Shown here: positions 36,409-40,015 of the stretch, one piece after another
Numbering within the stretch: position 1 is the first letter of the stretch
Layout of the letters: each line of letters opens with the position of its first letter
Sequence record: PV889368.1
Length of the DNA: 40,015 nucleotides
Reading direction: 5' to 3' (one strand)
DNA from: a phage
Notes under the pieces: model-generated
Seen by the model: only the letters and a program-made list of their open reading frames with translations
Database searches by the model: none
What the model was told of the DNA's origin: nothing
Position numbers and translations under genes: made by a program

Positions 36409-38172
36409 TTAGTGGAACGTAACGTATGACCCTAGTCCCATCTCGTCGTCCGTATCGTGAGTTACCCGGACCCCATTGTCCCAGAACTCAGTGTGGATGG
36501 ACTCGAATCCTTTACGTGGGTTCTCCATCTGTTCCTCCAGCCATTCCTCAGTGACTTCACGTTCGCCTTTGTTGGCATCCTTAGCCATAGACTCAACGAA
36601 GAACTGTACACCGATAGCCAGCGCATCAAGTCGGTCATCGTGTGCCAAGGCTCCACGTTCACGAGAGATACGGGTCATCTGGTAGAAGAGAGAGTAGATA
36701 GGGTTACGAACACCATCCTTATCAGAGGCTGACTGATAGTCTTGGACGATAGCAGCAGCGTTGACGATAAGTCGGTGAGACCCCATGATAGGCTCCAGAA
36801 CGTCGCAGATGCGGAGTTCCTTCTGACCCTTACTCTTCACTTCTGTTACAGCAGCAGGATGGATACGGGCCGCTACAGGCTTGAATAGCTCAAGGTACAT
36901 ACCATCACCGAAGTTACCCTCAATGACGTATTCGTTGACCTTCCACTTACGACCAATCTTAGCCAAGGCTTCCAGAGTAGAGTCTTCATAACCACCACGC
37001 ATACCACCCACTTCCATAGCGAAGATGTAGCCGTTGAGCTGATACAGTACCGCATATCCAGTTTCATCCTTACCACGACCACTGGGGTCAATGACCAGAA
37101 TCTTCTGGGTGTATGAACTGAAGGCAGAACCTACAGTCTGATACGTGTGGTACGAGTCACCCATAAGTCCAACGTTAGGAACGTCCTCACGCTTGTTCTG
37201 AGGGTTCGGCAACCATTGGTAGACCATTGGGCTGGACTCTGGGTCCAAGTCTGCTACGATAAGGTCACGTAGCTTCAGAGGGTACTTCTCAGCATCACTC
37301 AGGTTCGGGTTAAGCATGAACTGTAGAGCGAAGCCAGCTTTACCGTATGACAGCTCACGTTCCTTCAGGTCCGTATCATCAAATCGTACCTCATCGGTCG
37401 GACGCCAGTAGAAGGACTCAGGGTCCTCTTCTAGTTCTGCCTGAAGCATAGGAGCCAGACGGTCGCCGTAAGACTGCCAGTCCTTCCTGTCGCGTGGATA
37501 ACGAGCGGGCCAAATAGTAGTGGTATACCCACGACCTTCCAGCTCACGATACAGGGTCATCTCGTTCTGAGGAGTACCCAGATAGATGATTGTACCTCCC
37601 GGCTTCAGGATAGCGTCGAACTCTTTCACAAGCTCTGACAGTCGGTCTCGCGCAGCCTGAGTCGCAGAGTTGTTAGGAACCTCCACGTCATCGGCAATCA
37701 GGATGTCAGCACGGCTACCAGTCAACTGACCAGTGATACCAACTGACTTAACAGAAGGTGAGTGGTCTGGCTTGGCTGGCCCAACGTCGAAGCTGATAAC
37801 CGCATCCCGCTGTCCCTGCTTAGGTTTGAGTTCCTGAAGCTGAGGCATGAGGTCGATGATTCGCTTGATGAAGATGGAGTTAGCATCGGCTCGCTCCTTT
37901 GAGGCCGACACAATCATGAACTTCAAGTCTGGGTTGTTCCATAGCTTCCAGACCACGAAGGCACACGTAATGAAGGACTTCCCGATACCACGGAACGCCT
38001 GTAGGATGAAACGCCTGTTGTCCCCAGCCGATAGTTTCTTCGCCATGTCAATCTGACAGCGAGTCGGGACTGGGAGTGACAGAGCTTTCCATAGAACGAA
38101 CAGGAAGAACACGAAGTCTGCCTTCATACGGGCAGTCATTAGCGCCTGACGCGCCACTAAGTCTTTACTCAA
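36409..38172 (-). CDS. Terminase large subunit (gp19)
   Basis: [128 protein letters not shown] match T7 gp19; probable TTG start with AAGGAGG RBS. Confidence 0.95.
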   Translation of the reverse strand: MSKDLVARQALMTARMKADFVFFLFVLWKALSLPVPTRCQIDMAKKLSAGDNRRFILQAFRGIGKSFITCAFVVWKLWNNPDLKFMIVSASKERADANSIFIKRIIDLMPQLQELKPKQGQRDAVISFDVGPAKPDHSPSVKSVGITGQLTGSRADILIADDVEVPNNSATQAARDRLSELVKEFDAILKPGGTIIYLGTPQNEMTLYRELEGRGYTTTIWPARYPRDRKDWQSYGDRLAPMLQAELEEDPESFYWRPTDEVRFDDTDLKERELSYGKAGFALQFMLNPNLSDAEKYPLKLRDLIVADLDPESSPMVYQWLPNPQNKREDVPNVGLMGDSYHTYQTVGSAFSSYTQKILVIDPSGRGKDETGYAVLYQLNGYIFAMEVGGMRGGYEDSTLEALAKIGRKWKVNEYVIEGNFGDGMYLELFKPVAARIHPAAVTEVKSKGQKELRICDVLEPIMGSHRLIVNAAAIVQDYQSASDKDGVRNPIYSLFYQMTRISRERGALAHDDRLDALAIGVQFFVESMAKDANKGEREVTEEWLEEQMENPRKGFESIHTEFWDNGVRVTHDTDDEMGLGSYVTFH

Positions 38173-38618
38173 TGCTTCACCTCCTTATCTTGCTGCAAGG
38201 CTCTAACGGTGTCCTGAAGGGCATTAATCCACTTGTCTCCTTTCAGTCCGATGGCGATAAGACGTTTAGCATCTCGTTCGTCAAGTTCGGCGTAACCATT
38301 AATGACGCATCTACCGTCACTTTGCGTGGTTCCACTCGTGGGTTTGACTCGGATGCGCAGCCGCTTATTGTCAGACTGAAGGTCAGAAATAATCCTATCA
38401 GTGCTGCCTTCCAGCGAGGACATTTCGTCCTGAAACCGCTTGGACACTTTGTTGACTTCAGCTTGGACAGCAAGCCTTGTATCTTCCGATGCCTTAAGAT
38501 TCGAGGTGTATTCTGCATTGACCTTAGCCTCCCACTTATTGTTAGCGGTGTGGTAGCCACCAGCAAACATCACTGCTGCAAGTAACCACGGAGCCGCTCT
38601 CTTTAAAAATTTGAGCAT
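38169..38618 (-). CDS. i-spanin (gp18.5, Rz-like)
   Basis: N-terminal TM segment [11 protein letters not shown] followed by a charged coiled-coil-like periplasmic domain; position as T7 18.5. Confidence 0.8.
   Translation of the reverse strand: MLKFLKRAAPWLLAAVMFAGGYHTANNKWEAKVNAEYTSNLKASEDTRLAVQAEVNKVSKRFQDEMSSLEGSTDRIISDLQSDNKRLRIRVKPTSGTTQSDGRCVINGYAELDERDAKRLIAIGLKGDKWINALQDTVRALQQDKEVKH
38243..38518 (-). CDS. o-spanin (gp18.7, Rz1-like) embedded in +1 frame within gp18.5
   Basis: Lipobox LTISGC within [26 protein letters not shown], similar to T7 gp18.7; start ambiguous (ORF track begins at 38566). Confidence 0.65.
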   Translation of the reverse strand: MQNTPRILRHRKIQGLLSKLKSTKCPSGFRTKCPRWKAALIGLFLTFSLTISGCASESNPRVEPRKVTVDASLMVTPNLTNEMLNVLSPSD

Positions 38619-38667
38619 AGTTGCCCTCCCGGTTTATCAGATTTCACGTAGAGTCGCCTCCACTAGT

Positions 38668-38715
38668 TAGTGTTAACCATAAAGGCCACTACATATAGTA
38701 ATGACCTTGAGTCTA
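38668..38715 (-). promoter_or_regulatory. Conserved late intergenic element, copy 3 (candidate RNase III site, R18.5-like position)
   Basis: aaccataaaggccac-N-taatgaccttgagtctaaca. Confidence 0.4.
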
Positions 38716-38719
38716 ACAC

Positions 38720-38983
38720 TTATTGAACACCATACCCTGTGTCATTATCCTCAGTCGCTGAAAGCACCTTATCGTACTCTGCGTTAAGGGCCTCCATATC
38801 AGCCAGCGTCTTCTCGTCCACAGACACCTTGCTTAACACAAAGTTGTGACGAGCTAGTAGCTTCTCAATGGCGTTGTAGAGCTGAGGTGAACGCTTAGAG
38901 TCATCCCGCAGATCTTGCAGCATGAGTCGAGCACGTTCAGTATCTAGCATTAAGAGGAACTTCTCTAAGTCCATCTGCGTCAT
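38720..38983 (-). CDS. Terminase small subunit (gp18)
   Basis: FLLMLDTERARLMLQDLRDDSKRSPQLYNAIEKLLARH resembles T7 gp18 FLEMLDTAMAQRMLADLSDHERRSPQLYNAIKLLDRH. Confidence 0.85.
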   Translation of the reverse strand: MTQMDLEKFLLMLDTERARLMLQDLRDDSKRSPQLYNAIEKLLARHNFVLSKVSVDEKTLADMEALNAEYDKVLSATEDNDTGYGVQ

Positions 38984-39174
38984 GTTTTACCACCTCCTTT
39001 AATCGTTTTGTAGACTAGCACACCAATCTGGACAACGGTGTATGCAATAGCTGCAACGTAGAACCATTCGTTCAGTGTAAGTCCGAAGAAGAACCGACTG
39101 GCACCATCAGCCGCAGCGGTCCCGACTATAGGAGAGGCTTTAAGGACCTCATTCTTGAAGTCTAACTCAATCAT
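38980..39174 (-). CDS. Holin (gp17.5)
   Basis: MIELDFKNEVLKASPIVGTAAADGASRFFFGLTLNEWFYVAAIAYTVVQIG closely matches T7 gp17.5. Confidence 0.92.
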   Translation of the reverse strand: MIELDFKNEVLKASPIVGTAAADGASRFFFGLTLNEWFYVAAIAYTVVQIGVLVYKTIKGGGKT

Positions 39175-39298
39175 AAAACCTCCAGTTTAAAGCTGGTCGT
39201 CCGTGACCAAAAGTTGTTACCATACGTTGGTCAGCTTGTAGTTAGCCTCTACCTTCACAACCCTCGATGACGACATTCCGTTTTGATGATAGAACTAA

Positions 39299-39312
39299 CC
39301 CTCCGAAGAGGG
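39299..39312 (-). terminator. Stable UUCG-tetraloop hairpin just downstream of the tail fiber stop (possible RNA 3' stability element or weak terminator)
   Basis: Minus strand CCCUC-UUCG-GAGGG; no strong U-tract follows. Confidence 0.3.
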
Positions 39313-39319
39313 AAATAAA

Positions 39320-40015
39320 TTAAACCACCATATACCTAAAACTAGCCCCCGACCCAGCAGGAGAACCAGAAGCTGTAGCTATAGTACAAGAGCCGTTATT
39401 AACTGCTGATACGTAGGCATTTGCCAATGCCCCATTTGCATTAGCGGGTACAAGGATTATATGTGACCAAACATTTATGTTTGCGTCCACTATATTTGCC
39501 GTGGAGTTTCCGGCTAAGCCATTGAAGCCGCGCATATGGAGTGGTTTTTCGGGGTCCAATTGGACGTTTCTAAGTATGAACTTTCCTGTCCCTACGGCGT
39601 TTAGCCTGGTCTTGTTGTTGGCGTTGCTTGTTAAGTCGCCATTCGTTAGCGTTAACGTAGAGTTAAAAGCTGTTACGTGGGCGGAGCCGGGGTCTTTAAC
39701 TATGAAGTTGTCAACACTATTGTTATCAGCGCCGTCTGATTGGTTTATGCCTACACCCGCTGGATTTATTACGGTTGCCGATAGTACACGGTTGTTATTG
39801 CTGTTGGCTGCGAACTGGAAACCGTTAGCAGCGGAGTTAATGCTAATGATACAATCAATCACATTGTACTCGGAAGGTGAACTAGGACGGCCTAATCCGA
39901 CGCTTCCAAAATACTTGTTTCTAATAACCTTGATAGTACCAGCATGACTATAACGACAGTCAAAGCCACCCCCGCTTGCACCAGAGTTCTCTACGTTAGC
40001 ATACAGTAGGTTATT
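39320..40015 (-). CDS. Tail fiber/tailspike gp17, 3' portion (C-terminal Asn/Gly/Ser/Ala/Val-rich beta-helix-like domain); 39889..40015 duplicates 1..127
   Basis: Same frame as the ORF leaving the window at position 1; composition and repeated N.V.N / N-G-S patterns suggest a right-handed beta-helix tailspike domain (inference); stop at 39322..39320. Confidence 0.8.
   Translation of the reverse strand, partial: NNLLYANVENSGASGGGFDCRYSHAGTIKVIRNKYFGSVGLGRPSSPSEYNVIDCIISINSAANGFQFAANSNNNRVLSATVINPAGVGINQSDGADNNSVDNFIVKDPGSAHVTAFNSTLTLTNGDLTSNANNKTRLNAVGTGKFILRNVQLDPEKPLHMRGFNGLAGNSTANIVDANINVWSHIILVPANANGALANAYVSAVNNGSCTIATASGSPAGSGASFRYMVV
39889..40015. repeat. 127-bp exact duplicate of positions 1..127 (circular-assembly overlap, not a biological terminal repeat)
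   Basis: The text at 39889..40015 is identical to 1..127 and lies inside the gp17 coding sequence. Confidence 0.9.

Noticed and set aside
39889-40015. 127-bp identity between window start and end as a biological terminal repeat
   Set aside because: It lies inside the tail fiber coding sequence and makes the ORF continuous across the junction; it is a circular-assembly overlap. The real termini are expected near 34.9-35.8 kb

Overview
This window is a complete genome of a T7-like podovirus (Autographiviridae), presented in reverse complement so that essentially every gene is on the minus strand. Positions 1..127 are identical to 39889..40015, so the sequence is a circularly closed assembly (unit length about 39,888 bp) whose breakpoint falls inside the tail fiber gene. 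Read along the minus strand from about 34,730, the order is: host sigma70-like early promoters, an early region (two unknown genes, an Ocr-like protein, a gp0.4-like protein, an HTH protein, small membrane proteins), RNA polymerase, gp1.1, gp1.2, ligase, the TE terminator, gp1.6, gp1.7, gp2, SSB gp2.5, endonuclease I, amidase gp3.5, primase-helicase, DNA polymerase (split by an intervening sequence), gp5.5, gp5.7, exonuclease, portal, scaffold, capsid 10A/10B, the Tphi terminator, gp11, gp12, internal virion proteins 13-16, tail fiber, holin, small terminase, spanins, large terminase, an HNH endonuclease, phiOR and a gp19.5-like ORF next to the genome ends. Eleven copies of a phage promoter (consensus CTAAACTATCACTATAGGRA) were found. 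The most notable items are a 350-nt ORF-less group I-like intron in the DNA polymerase gene, several genes with no T7 counterpart (early genes upstream of ocr, an insert between genes 3 and 3.5, an ASCH-like insert between genes 11 and 12, a non-homologous gene at the 5.9 position), a phage promoter directly upstream of the RNA polymerase gene, and a tailspike-like C-terminal domain on gp17. All calls are from reading the sequence and recalled T7 protein sequences; no database search was run. ORF-track starts often use GTG/TTG, so several starts were moved to an ATG with a Shine-Dalgarno motif.
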